59,238 nucleotides of DNA from a virus (taxonomy: Duplodnaviria; Caudoviricetes). Position numbers and translations under genes: made by a program. The stretch covers positions 1 to 59,238 of IMG/VR virus record IMGVR_UViG_3300049925_000138. One strand, written 5' to 3'. Each line of letters starts with the position of its first letter. Position 1 is the first letter of the stretch. Below, one piece after another: positions 10,701 through 19,314 of this stretch. The notes beneath the pieces were generated by a model. That model had not been told where the DNA came from. It did not search any database and saw nothing but the letters and a program-made list of their open reading frames with translations.

Positions 10701-10815
10701 ACCATACGGTGTTGGAACATTTAGTAATTCTGTGAGTGATGCAAGTAATAAAAAATCTCAAATTGTGTATAATATTGCAAACGAGCCAGGTTATTTTAAA
10801 AAATTTAGCTTGTAG
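7753..10815 (+). CDS. Baseplate/tail-tube initiator-like protein with long N-terminal extension and hydrophobic segments
   Basis: C-terminal MPFYFQDLRTNEIVAFHAFLDDLSDSY...YGRVDDVQTYK.TKRSV.ITF and PIVRVRLGDVI resemble gp48/gp54/CIS tube-like domain; position between TMP and LysM gene. Confidence 0.6.
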   Translation: MMSSTRIAPPYPTFEDVDGDGNVNFQNDDITDRNKQVLRSYLSDLTLGRNPDESDAVIEYNGQLPPNHANPYPLTPIESPQPVYTDQVGLQEAVDLSNQPSELFGDTNRIVHTGPLGEASSEAAGTGHEFLPGVIGSELRDGPVRTSNPEAKRYVETLGSSLKKKNLYVGTLKVSDADGNNPISVVESNEFSGENIRDVSSSQRVNLGNTLEGTLSHSFDAADAKFIKEANLKKVAVQLMEAAMGNKEVQAGKKRIKNSNSNIRAANSTGFEKFNRTTLGLGQDAIDSGESDNGSNYTDVSWGNYFSPNKQYTGSETAKGAFLLTANFLAIILAVAAVIGVFALKSENKDRVPTEIDYKDQTALYRKLAMGEFKFQPINGFAIGLTTVLKVASSITGLDINNPIYRPTNPTVNYGDCVVAGFASFLGVSYVIDLKLIKSALGGLFILNFNTFIILAEIVVRYATLLIDNPQRQYYMNIFRLLQRDRVHLSHLKDNVGDDEKIGDKIEAGAEFISELFDSKLFKFVNTLAKIGDLEYTQAIARKFRATDVEVSPGVAYSEGFDYSKDDSKGLQTFLAKGFASLRVSSNKLAERRGVTWGIADLPSLHLIPGGSGQIYKDLIGDSSYARKRLTSTEPGGKNRFTPEQVSAIEDVLDAEYMPFYFQDLRTNEIVAFHAFLDDLSDSYSANFNKTSGYGRVDDVQTYKDTKRSVGITFHLVGTNPSDFDYMWWQINKLTTMVYPQWSQGRKMQTSDRLSFLQPFSQVITGSPIVRVRLGDVIRSNYSRFNLKRLFGWQDAELKQSDDTTAIEYYLPVGAILSLYPDGSGDHVKLTEEYSLGFKKPKIFKEGSFQVLYSDPDNPGYSQLKFAQSVLIRQRNTKSISQIANDFYKYENNTIIKSFEDSHGKGLAAAVTQLNFTWGVADHPWGTGGDGPGNRAPRYCKVQMNFDPIHDIAPGIDSDGFNRAPIYPVGDIVNSIVEGGEDQPYGVGTFSNSVSDASNKKSQIVYNIANEPGYFKKFSL

Positions 10816-10823
10816 GATGACTA

Positions 10824-11117
10824 ATGCCTGTTAGTAGATATAGAAAAGACAACATCATTTTGAACCCAAAAAGGCTTGCCACTGCTGAAGCTGTGACAAG
10901 AATTAGAAATTCTATTGCTAATGGGACAATAACAACTTCTGAGCTCACACTGTCTGAAGGCCAGCGTCTTGATCACCTGGCCGGCAAATATTATGGTGAT
11001 GGCAGATATTGGTGGGTAATTGCAATTGCAAGTGGAATTGGGTGGGGACTTCAAGTTCCACCTGGAACAAGAATACTTATTCCAAATGATTTAAATTCCC
11101 TCCTTGAGGTAGCATAA
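10824..11117 (+). CDS. LysM-like baseplate wedge protein (gp53/tail X-like)
   Basis: EGQRLDHLAGKYYGDGRYWWVIA.ASGI......PGTRILIP. Confidence 0.85.
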   Translation: MPVSRYRKDNIILNPKRLATAEAVTRIRNSIANGTITTSELTLSEGQRLDHLAGKYYGDGRYWWVIAIASGIGWGLQVPPGTRILIPNDLNSLLEVA

Positions 11118-14100
11118 TGCCTCGCTCACCGGCCCTTACTAAATCTACAAATGAGCTTGCTGAATATTTTGGAGCAACAACTGATGCAACATTCATTGAC
11201 AAAACATGGGCTATAAAAAAATTTGCAAAAGATACTAACAGAAACCTAATAGCTAGTGGTAGCGCAAATAAAGATCAATTAGATTACTATAGAGGTGTTG
11301 AAACCGCCGCCAATTTAGTTTCAGGTATTAGTCACGCTGAAAATATTTCAAATTTAGTGAATGGTTCTTTGTCATTTACTGAATTTGAAATAGCAAATCA
11401 TGATAATACTAGTTACAAAGATCAGTTTAAGTTTTATAAAATAAATGCCACCGCCGAAGGCCCCCAACAAATAACAGAAATAACACCATCACCACCCTGG
11501 AATCAAAAAGATGATGTAATTTATGCAATCAATGTTTTCAATCCTTATCTCGGGCCTATGACTCGCGATACTGGTGCTATAGAAGTATTTGCAAATGCAA
11601 TGCCAACAATCGAGTTGTCAAAGTGTGTTCCATATTTATCAATTGATGTTATTAGCCTATATAAAACTGAAAAGACTGCTCCACCTATGAGCTTAATTGG
11701 ATTTTTAAATCCAAGTGGTTTAAGTAGTGTTGATATTTCAATGATAAATGGCCAAAAAGAAAAAGTTTCATCAGAGCAGATGAATCTTGGTGACGGCTAC
11801 AGAGCTGGTATGGAATTATTTTTAATGCCACAAACTCTTTCATCAATAGGAAATAATGGTGAAAGATTTGTGCCAGTGATTGACAATATGAGACCACTTA
11901 TGTCACTTAAAAATCTTAGTATGAGCACTAAGATGCAAGGTGGAACAATATTATTTACATCAGGGCGTCTTGAGCTTGTTCTTCATGACAGATCAAGATT
12001 ACGTGACATTGCACCGTTTGTCAGACTAGATCTTTATGGAACAACATTTTTAGATATTTCTTATGGATGGTCTCACCCAAATGGTGATATCAATTCTAAT
12101 AATTCTTTTGGAAAATTTTTAAATTCATTAAAAGTTGAAAGACGTTATAGAATTTCAAATTCTACTTTTGCATTTGAAGAAGGTGGTCAAGTCAATATAA
12201 CATTGTCTATTCAAACCGTTGGATCAATTGATCTTCTTTATCTTCCTGTAAGAAACATACCATCAATAGGTCAACTTACACAAACGTTTGAAAAATTAAT
12301 TCAAAAAATTAATGATATAAAAAGTAGAACTAATTTACCAATTCCCGATATGAATCGATATGATTTTATAACAGGAATACAAGATAGATCTAGTTTATTA
12401 AAACTTGTTGGAGACGCAGATTTTAGAAAAAAAATAAATGATATAGAGAGTAAATCACCAGCGGATATAAAAGACATAATCGATGAAATGATTGGCACCC
12501 CTGGTGGCTCAACCGGTAGATTAGACACAGTTAAAAATGATGTCATCACGGGATATAAAACGATTTTAAATCGTTGTCCTGATTTTTTTACTCGTGACGA
12601 AAAGTCGATTTCAAGTGAGTTTAATGATAGACAATTTAACATAATGAAACAAATATATGATACAGCATCACCAAGCACAATTATTGATGAATACAAAAAG
12701 AAATTTGTTTCATATGGTGATATATTTTTGCAATACATCACAATCCCAATCAAAGAATCAAAATATTATGATGAAGTTCAAGTAATATTTTATCCATTTA
12801 ACAGTTATGCTGGTCTTGTTCATGATCTGCCAATTAGTTGTTTTCCAATTGATAAAAATCGTTTTGAAAAAATGATTGGGAAAATGGCTGAATCAACACC
12901 AGAAATCACGGCAAGAATGTTATTAAATACAATCAATCAATGGTTCACAGGGTTTCTTGCTGATAAAAGTTATTTATTGGCTGATTCATATGATACAAGC
13001 AAAGATGATGTGACAGTAGAATATACAACAGCAGTTAAGGAAAATATAGAAACACACCCAGAAAGCATTCAAAAAAAACTTGAAGACAGATGCATTAGCG
13101 CAGGAATACCAGAAGCAAAACTTGTGCCTGGTAATGTTCAAATTCACGTTGAAGGATGTAAATTATATGATACTGCTGGAAATCCTATTGTTGATGGTGG
13201 AAAATCAAAAACATTAATTAAAATTCACGTTTACGATGCTGCATGTGATCCACACAACACATTAACTGATATTATAAAATCTGCAAAAGATAATGAACTT
13301 GATCTTTTTAGAATTCCAATATCTAATTACAATTCTTCACAAAATGGGGCTAATAAAGATTTAGCCATTGCGGCTATTAAATTAGGACTTGAAAGTGGAG
13401 CTTTTGAAGTTGTTGATTTATCATCAAACACTGTTTCGACTAATTTTGAAAATTTACAACAAGCTTTGATAAATCCAAATGTTTATATAAGAAATAAGCT
13501 TGATTTTGATAGTTTGAAAAAATTTATTTCAGCTGGGATGCCTACCATAACATATGGATCTTCAACATCAATTGTAACAAATGCAAGTTTATCATCTGAT
13601 TCTAGTTCTGCACTATCAAATTTATTATTGCAACGTGCGTGGTCTGAGCCTGCAACAACATCAGCAGAAAATGTTGGAACAGGACCTCCAATGCAAGTAA
13701 TGCCTGCTCAATTGAATATATCAACAATAGGATGTCCACTTTTTTATCCAATGCAACGTTTTTTTGTTGATTTTGGAACGGGAACGTCAATTGACAATGT
13801 GTATAACGTTATAAGTGTTGATGACAAAATAGGAAAAGATGGATTCACATCAGATGTTAAACTACAATATGGAGAAGGGTATGCAACTTATCGTAGTCTT
13901 GATCAAAATTTAAGAATGATGTCATTGTATATTCAAAAAGAAGCCAACACAGAAAGATCCATTCAAATCAAGTCTCCAACTCCTATCACGCGTTCTGCTC
14001 CAAGTATCGAATTTATGCATAATTGGTTGCATGAAATTCTTGTGAAAGCACTTGTTCCAGCTTATGAAACAAAAATTGAAGTTGAAGAAAGAATACGAGT

Positions 14101-14422
14101 CGAAGTTGAAAAAGTTCAAGCTAAAGTTGAAGCAAAAATTCAAGAAAAACTTGCTGATGCTCGAGCTAAAGCTGAAGCCCTGGCTGCTCCTATTATTAAA
14201 GCTGCTGAAACTGTTAAGAAAGTTGAAGAAGAAGTGCAATACAAAATTGAACAAGCACAATATTATGCAGCACAAATTGCATATTACACTGCACTTTTAG
14301 CATCAATACCGCAAATTGCAGCCCAGCTCGGCCCAGAGGCGGCTGCTGCTTTGACGGCCGAAGTGCAGGCCGCATTAGATGATGCAGAGGCCCAGGCAAA
14401 AAGAAATAAAGAAAATGAATGA
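11117..14422 (+). CDS. Baseplate hub-like protein (gp27/gpD-like) with C-terminal coiled coil
   Basis: Follows LysM gene; ISYGWSHP and C-terminal ISTIGCP...F.VDFGTGT.IDNVY.V.SV..KI...GF.S.V.L typical of hub proteins; EAK-rich helical tail. Confidence 0.55.
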   Translation: MPRSPALTKSTNELAEYFGATTDATFIDKTWAIKKFAKDTNRNLIASGSANKDQLDYYRGVETAANLVSGISHAENISNLVNGSLSFTEFEIANHDNTSYKDQFKFYKINATAEGPQQITEITPSPPWNQKDDVIYAINVFNPYLGPMTRDTGAIEVFANAMPTIELSKCVPYLSIDVISLYKTEKTAPPMSLIGFLNPSGLSSVDISMINGQKEKVSSEQMNLGDGYRAGMELFLMPQTLSSIGNNGERFVPVIDNMRPLMSLKNLSMSTKMQGGTILFTSGRLELVLHDRSRLRDIAPFVRLDLYGTTFLDISYGWSHPNGDINSNNSFGKFLNSLKVERRYRISNSTFAFEEGGQVNITLSIQTVGSIDLLYLPVRNIPSIGQLTQTFEKLIQKINDIKSRTNLPIPDMNRYDFITGIQDRSSLLKLVGDADFRKKINDIESKSPADIKDIIDEMIGTPGGSTGRLDTVKNDVITGYKTILNRCPDFFTRDEKSISSEFNDRQFNIMKQIYDTASPSTIIDEYKKKFVSYGDIFLQYITIPIKESKYYDEVQVIFYPFNSYAGLVHDLPISCFPIDKNRFEKMIGKMAESTPEITARMLLNTINQWFTGFLADKSYLLADSYDTSKDDVTVEYTTAVKENIETHPESIQKKLEDRCISAGIPEAKLVPGNVQIHVEGCKLYDTAGNPIVDGGKSKTLIKIHVYDAACDPHNTLTDIIKSAKDNELDLFRIPISNYNSSQNGANKDLAIAAIKLGLESGAFEVVDLSSNTVSTNFENLQQALINPNVYIRNKLDFDSLKKFISAGMPTITYGSSTSIVTNASLSSDSSSALSNLLLQRAWSEPATTSAENVGTGPPMQVMPAQLNISTIGCPLFYPMQRFFVDFGTGTSIDNVYNVISVDDKIGKDGFTSDVKLQYGEGYATYRSLDQNLRMMSLYIQKEANTERSIQIKSPTPITRSAPSIEFMHNWLHEILVKALVPAYETKIEVEERIRVEVEKVQAKVEAKIQEKLADARAKAEALAAPIIKAAETVKKVEEEVQYKIEQAQYYAAQIAYYTALLASIPQIAAQLGPEAAAALTAEVQAALDDAEAQAKRNKENE

Positions 14423-14447
14423 AAAATCATCAACCTTACCTTAAAAT
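14419..14447 (+). promoter_or_regulatory. Putative sigma70-type promoter, probably leaderless
   Basis: ATGAAA-N17-TAAAAT, 5 nt before ATG 14453. Confidence 0.4.
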
Positions 14448-14452
14448 AAGGT

Positions 14453-15607
14453 ATGATTAGTCTTTCAAGAAAGTTTCTTTCATCAACAAAAAATTTTGTC
14501 TATTCTGATAAAGCTTCTTGGTCCAATGATATAGAAGCTTGGACTTTTGGTGATCAGCACTCTCAATGGAGTGCTGATGCTCTTTTTGAAACTATGCAAA
14601 AAGATATGCCAAGTGTCATTCCAAATGAATTCATTAAATCAATGTCAGGAATTTCTCGAGGAGCTGTTCCTTGGCCTCTTATTATTCCTCCATCAATTCT
14701 TTCTGAGCATGCCTCCGGACTCAATTCTGAAGTTGAGCTTCTTTTAGAAGAAATGGGTGAATATTCTAATATCTTGCAAAAGAGTAGAAAAACTCTTGCG
14801 GCTTTAAAGCCTTGCAAAATTGATGAATCAATTTATCAAATTGAGTTAAGATCAACTGCATCTGCAATTATTGAATCTTTTAAGCCAAACGAAGATTCAT
14901 TTGCAAATACGCCCGTGTATTCTCACGCAACTTCAACGGGCCGTTTGACTGTTAAAGATGGCGCAAACATTCTGGGTCTCAAAAAAGCTCAGCGTAGAAT
15001 TCTTCAAAGTCGATTCAATGGCGGCCAAATGATGTTAATTGACTTTGTTTCACTTGAACCACGAGTTCTTCGTCTCTTGTTAAAAGGCGAAGCTCCAAAA
15101 GACATTTACGAAAATATTTCTCATATTCTCGATGTTTCTCGCGACCAAGCAAAGAAAGCAACACTTCAATTGCTTTATGGATCGTCTATTAGTGCTGTGT
15201 CATCTGATGTAAAAGATCTTACACGAGAAAAAGTGAAAGAGATTGAAAAATATTTTGATATTCAAAAGTTGAAATCTAAACTATCTCATCAGCTTCATGA
15301 TGATGGGTGTATCAAAAGTTGGTGGGGCCGCCCACTAAAAGAAGCTAATAATGAGCATCTTTTAATTTCTCATTACACACAATCTACTGCTGTTGATGTT
15401 GCCCTTCAAGGATTTTCACTTATTTTAGACAAAATCAATGATGCAAATCTTGATATTGTTCCTTGTTATGTAATTCACGATGCAATTATTCTTGATGTTT
15501 CTCCATCAAGCCTTGATGATTTAAAAGACATTGTAGATGACGGTGTCGATCTTGATATGGGTCATTTTGAACTTTCATATGGACCAGCATATTTAGATGA
15601 GGAGTAA
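14453..15607 (+). CDS. polA: Minimal family A DNA polymerase (polymerase core only)
   Basis: TSTGRL, motif A IDFVSLEPR, motif B RDQAKKATLQLLYG, TQSTAVD, motif C VIHDAI; only 384 aa. Confidence 0.85.
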   Translation: MISLSRKFLSSTKNFVYSDKASWSNDIEAWTFGDQHSQWSADALFETMQKDMPSVIPNEFIKSMSGISRGAVPWPLIIPPSILSEHASGLNSEVELLLEEMGEYSNILQKSRKTLAALKPCKIDESIYQIELRSTASAIIESFKPNEDSFANTPVYSHATSTGRLTVKDGANILGLKKAQRRILQSRFNGGQMMLIDFVSLEPRVLRLLLKGEAPKDIYENISHILDVSRDQAKKATLQLLYGSSISAVSSDVKDLTREKVKEIEKYFDIQKLKSKLSHQLHDDGCIKSWWGRPLKEANNEHLLISHYTQSTAVDVALQGFSLILDKINDANLDIVPCYVIHDAIILDVSPSSLDDLKDIVDDGVDLDMGHFELSYGPAYLDEE

Positions 15608-15612
15608 TAACA

Positions 15613-16050
15613 ATGTCTGAAATAGCGATGAAAAGTCGTATAAGAGATCTTTATAAGCAAAAGTATTCTTGGTTTGGAGGCCGCCCAGGCTGGTTTCCAG
15701 ACAAATATGTAAAAAGAGCTGATAGCATTAATCAAAATCTTGGGCTTGGATCTTTTCAAATTAGTGAAGCAACAAATCCTTTAGAAGATATTAGAGCAGC
15801 ACTTGACATTGCAATTAAATCAAAATATTTAAATGGACTGTATGATACACCTCGATTTGCAAATAATGGAAAATCAATAGTAGTTGGCTTTGAAAAAGAT
15901 CTATACACACATACCGATCTTGCTGTCAAAATGATTCAAATCGCTTTGGCTTGTGCTGATGTCAATGGAAAACTTGCGCTACCAAGTAGTTTGCAAGTTC
16001 AATTGACAAAAGGAGAACGAACATTAATAATTTTTATTGTTGGAACATGA
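15613..16050 (+). CDS. Hypothetical protein
   Basis: GAGGAG RBS; ATATTTA motif upstream at 15589. Confidence 0.55.
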   Translation: MSEIAMKSRIRDLYKQKYSWFGGRPGWFPDKYVKRADSINQNLGLGSFQISEATNPLEDIRAALDIAIKSKYLNGLYDTPRFANNGKSIVVGFEKDLYTHTDLAVKMIQIALACADVNGKLALPSSLQVQLTKGERTLIIFIVGT

Positions 16051-16070
16051 ACATTCATTAATCATTTTGT

Positions 16071-16099
16071 TTGTAAAATAGTGAATATCGTTCCATAAT
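16071..16099 (+). promoter_or_regulatory. sigma70-type promoter, probably leaderless
   Basis: TTGTAA-N17-CATAAT, 6 nt before ATG 16106 with no SD. Confidence 0.55.
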
Positions 16100-16105
16100 A
16101 TTCAT

Positions 16106-16711
16106 ATGACAAATGAACAACAGCTTGAAAACATCGAAAAGAAATGGAACATTTTTAATGATCTTATTGATCATCTTGATGATGATCGCAAAGCTTCTGT
16201 CAAGTCACTTGTTGAGTTTTTTGGAACTCGATTGGCAATGTGTCCTGCCGATCCTCGGCATGATGCGCCCGGCAGCTATCATGGTGGTCTTGTTGCGCAA
16301 GCTATTCTCTTAACAAAGACAATGAAAAAGATGAAAGACACATTCAACTTTGATGATGTTGAAAATAGTTCTATCATCATGGTTGGGCTTTTTCATGAAA
16401 TTGGAAAAGTAGGCTCACTTGAACATGAGTATTTTCTTCCTGAAACTGATAATTGGCGGCGAGATAAGCTTGGCGCTCGATTTAAGGTGAATGAAAATAT
16501 TTCAAAGCTCACTGTCCAAGAGAGGACCTTATTTCTTCTCCAACATTTTGGAGTTCAATTAACTGAAGATGAGTTTTTGGCAATTCGAGGTCCAGTAAAA
16601 AATCATGACTGGATCGAAAATCGTCTTGCTCCCACCTACGAACCAAGGATTTCAGTCTTGCTTCGGGCAGCTCGTGATCTTTATGTTAGAGCAATTATTA
16701 ATCCCAAATAA
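16106..16711 (+). CDS. HD-domain protein (YhaM-like), degenerate motif
   Basis: PA...H...YHGGLVAQ (usually H..Y.GGL..H), GLFHEIGKVG (usually LLHDLGK), LTEDEFLAI. Confidence 0.65.
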   Translation: MTNEQQLENIEKKWNIFNDLIDHLDDDRKASVKSLVEFFGTRLAMCPADPRHDAPGSYHGGLVAQAILLTKTMKKMKDTFNFDDVENSSIIMVGLFHEIGKVGSLEHEYFLPETDNWRRDKLGARFKVNENISKLTVQERTLFLLQHFGVQLTEDEFLAIRGPVKNHDWIENRLAPTYEPRISVLLRAARDLYVRAIINPK

Positions 16712-16747
16712 TAATTTGCTGTATATTTAGTAATATCAGGAGTAAAA

Positions 16748-16960
16748 ATGTCTAAAATAAACCTTAAAGAATCAAACTTGAGGCTAATAATCATTGAAGC
16801 TCTTGATGAAATTGCTGCTGAAGCTGCTATGACTGATGAGGAACAAGAGCTTGATGAATTTTCTGGTGCTGCGGGCGGAGCAGTTGCTGGTTATACACTT
16901 CCTCTTGGAATGAGACCAAACGGTCCTAGAGCAGCAAAAAACAAAAGCAAAAAAAATTGA
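16748..16960 (+). CDS. Small hypothetical protein with putative head-targeting leader
   Basis: AGGAG RBS; LKESNLRLIIIEALDE; LDEFS.A.GGAVAGYTLPLG. Confidence 0.6.
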   Translation: MSKINLKESNLRLIIIEALDEIAAEAAMTDEEQELDEFSGAAGGAVAGYTLPLGMRPNGPRAAKNKSKKN

Positions 16961-16985
16961 AAAAATAATAAACGAATATTATGAT
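16957..16985 (+). promoter_or_regulatory. sigma70-type promoter for ssb
   Basis: TTGAAA-N17-TATGAT. Confidence 0.6.
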
Positions 16986-17105
16986 TTCCATACGTTCCGC
17001 TAAGGGGCGTATGGACAAAACAAGTGAAGGGAAGATAGTATCAAAACTTCACTATTAACAACAACAAACACAAAACAAAAACAAACAAGGTAAAAAATAA
17101 ATAAC

Positions 17106-17987
17106 ATGGCAATCGATCTTAATGCAATTCGTCGTAAGCTTGGTGAGCTCTCTGGTAAGAATAACAAGCGTGATCAGCAGTGGAAGCCTGAAGAGGGGAA
17201 GGAATACACTGTTCGATTGATTTCTTTCTCTAACAATGATGGTCTTCCTTTTAAGGATCGCTATTACTACTGGAATATTGGTAAGGCCGGCATTCTTTCT
17301 CCTCACCAGTTTGGTAAGCCTGATCCCATTCGTGAGCTTCGCAACAAGCTTTATGAGGAGGGCACCGAGACCAGCAAGGAGATCGCTAAGAAGCTTTCTC
17401 CCAAGTTGCGCATTTTCGCTCCTGTGATTGTTCGTGGTGAAGAGGATAAGGGCGTTCGTATTTGGTCCTTTGGTAAGATGGTCTATCAGTCTCTTCTGGA
17501 GCTCATCACTAATGAGGATTATGGTGACATCACCGATCCTGTTGAGGGCCGCGATATTAAGGTCCAGATGATTAAGCTTCCTGGCAAGCAGTATGCTGAT
17601 ACTAAGGTCACTGCTCGAGTGAAGACTGAGCCTCTCAGCCGCGATCCTAATCTTGCCAAGAAATGGTTGGATTCGATTCCTACTGTTGATGAGGCTTCCG
17701 ACCTGAAGTCTTATGAAGAGATCGAAAAGGTTGTGAATGATTGGCTCATGGGTGGTAATGAAACTGATTCTACTGGAACTACTCGTGGTGACCAGCAGAC
17801 TGGGACCTCCACCACTTCAGCAAACGCTGCTAAGGATCGCCTGGCAGCCTTTGATGATGATGACGATACTGGATTCTCTACTGCATCTAAGCCCGCTGCT
17901 GCCCCGGCTCGAAAGCCTGCCCGGAAGTCTTCTGCTGAGCAGGATTTGAATGATGCTTTTGCTGATCTTGAGCGAGACGGTCACTGA
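17106..17987 (+). CDS. Single-stranded DNA-binding protein (T4 gp32-like)
   Basis: WKPEEGK..VRL, PDPI.E, PKLR.FAPVIVRGEEDKGVRIWSFGK..Y, DYGDITDPVEGRDI, acidic C-tail ending DAFADL; directly upstream of recA. Confidence 0.85.
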   Translation: MAIDLNAIRRKLGELSGKNNKRDQQWKPEEGKEYTVRLISFSNNDGLPFKDRYYYWNIGKAGILSPHQFGKPDPIRELRNKLYEEGTETSKEIAKKLSPKLRIFAPVIVRGEEDKGVRIWSFGKMVYQSLLELITNEDYGDITDPVEGRDIKVQMIKLPGKQYADTKVTARVKTEPLSRDPNLAKKWLDSIPTVDEASDLKSYEEIEKVVNDWLMGGNETDSTGTTRGDQQTGTSTTSANAAKDRLAAFDDDDDTGFSTASKPAAAPARKPARKSSAEQDLNDAFADLERDGH

Positions 17988-18007
17988 TTCTCAATAAAGA
18001 TTAAATG

Positions 18008-18036
18008 AGGCAGAGAGTAAAATCTCTGCCTTTTTT
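18008..18036 (+). terminator. Rho-independent terminator after ssb
   Basis: AGGCAGAGA-GTAAAA-TCTCTGCCT followed by T-run. Confidence 0.8.
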
Positions 18037-18063
18037 GTAATTTGTCACAACATAATCTAAAAT
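18035..18063 (+). promoter_or_regulatory. sigma70-type promoter for recA
   Basis: TTGTAA-N17-TAAAAT, then AGGAG RBS. Confidence 0.55.
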
Positions 18064-18079
18064 AAACACAGGAGAAAAA

Positions 18080-19279
18080 ATGGCTAAAAAAGATACTTCA
18101 CAGCAAAAAGCTCAAGTTGATGATTTCACAAATGATTTAATTACATCTCTTAACAAAGATCACGGCTCTAGAATTGCATACAATCTCTCTGTAGATACTT
18201 CTCCTACACATGTTAAGCGTTGGATTTCAACTGGTTCTAAACAGCTTGATTTGATTGTTTCAAATCGAACCAAGGGCGGACTGCCTGAAGGTCGAATTGT
18301 TGAAATTTTTGGTCCGCCTTCAATTGGTAAGTCACATATTGCAACTCAAATTGCAAAAAGCACTCAAGCTTTGGGTGGCATTGTAGTTTATATTGACACT
18401 GAAAATGCCACCTCTGTTGAAAACTTGGCCGCTTTAGGTGTTGATGTTTCAAAGCGATTTGTGTATGTTGATACTCACTGCACAGAAGAGGTTCTTGAAA
18501 CTGCTGAAAAGACAATCTTAAAGGCAAAAGCAATGGCAAAAGATATCCCAGTGACAATTATTTGGGACTCTGTCGCCGCAACTTCTCCAAAAGCTGAGCT
18601 TGAGGGTGCATATGATAAAGACACCATTGGTCTTCAGGCCCGCGCTATTTCAAAGGGCATGCGAAAGATCACTGGTATCATTGGTGATCAAAATGTGTTG
18701 TTTGTTATTCTGAATCAGATCAGAACAAAGATTGGTGTTATGTATGGTGACCCAACTACTACTCCGGGTGGTATGGCAATTCCATTTCACGCATCTGTTA
18801 GATTGAAGCTGGGCGCTGGCCAACAAATTCAAAATAAAGATGGTGATGTGATTGGAATCAATGTGTCTGCAAAGACAATTAAAAACAAAGTCGCTCCACC
18901 CTTTAGAAAGGCTGATTTTAGAATCATCTTTGGAAAGGGAATTGAAGAGCATGAAGAGGTGTTTGATCTTCTTCGTGAATATGGTCCTGACTCCGTGAAT
19001 GATCATCTTGTTTCTCTTGAAGGCACTGGCGCTTGGAAGACACTCAAGGTCACTTCTGAAACTGGCGAAGTCATCATTGAAAAGAAGTTTTATAAGCCTG
19101 ATTTTGGAGCAGTGTGGGCAAACCCTGAGTATAAGTCGTGGATTGATGGTCTTCTTGATGTTGCTATGATTAAGACTAACATTAGTTTTAGTGATGTCGA
19201 TATTGATCACGATTCATACACTGAAATGAAGGCACTTTCTGATGAAATCGGAAATGTGAATGAATCTATTAGCGCTTAA
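18080..19279 (+). CDS. recA: RecA/UvsX recombinase
   Basis: ISTGS..LD, GGLPEGRIVEIFGPPSIGKS (Walker A), YIDTE, WDSVAA, NQIRTKIGVMYGDP.TTPGG, KNKVAPPF. Confidence 0.95.
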   Translation: MAKKDTSQQKAQVDDFTNDLITSLNKDHGSRIAYNLSVDTSPTHVKRWISTGSKQLDLIVSNRTKGGLPEGRIVEIFGPPSIGKSHIATQIAKSTQALGGIVVYIDTENATSVENLAALGVDVSKRFVYVDTHCTEEVLETAEKTILKAKAMAKDIPVTIIWDSVAATSPKAELEGAYDKDTIGLQARAISKGMRKITGIIGDQNVLFVILNQIRTKIGVMYGDPTTTPGGMAIPFHASVRLKLGAGQQIQNKDGDVIGINVSAKTIKNKVAPPFRKADFRIIFGKGIEEHEEVFDLLREYGPDSVNDHLVSLEGTGAWKTLKVTSETGEVIIEKKFYKPDFGAVWANPEYKSWIDGLLDVAMIKTNISFSDVDIDHDSYTEMKALSDEIGNVNESISA

Positions 19280-19314
19280 TTGAAAATTTTTGATTTTCTT
19301 GATTATTATTCTCT

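Noticed and set aside
14453-16711. 2-aminoadenine (dZ) system suggested by PolA + HD protein + MazG-like gene
   Set aside because: No PurZ in the window, the HD motif is degenerate, and the modification genes present point to cytosine.
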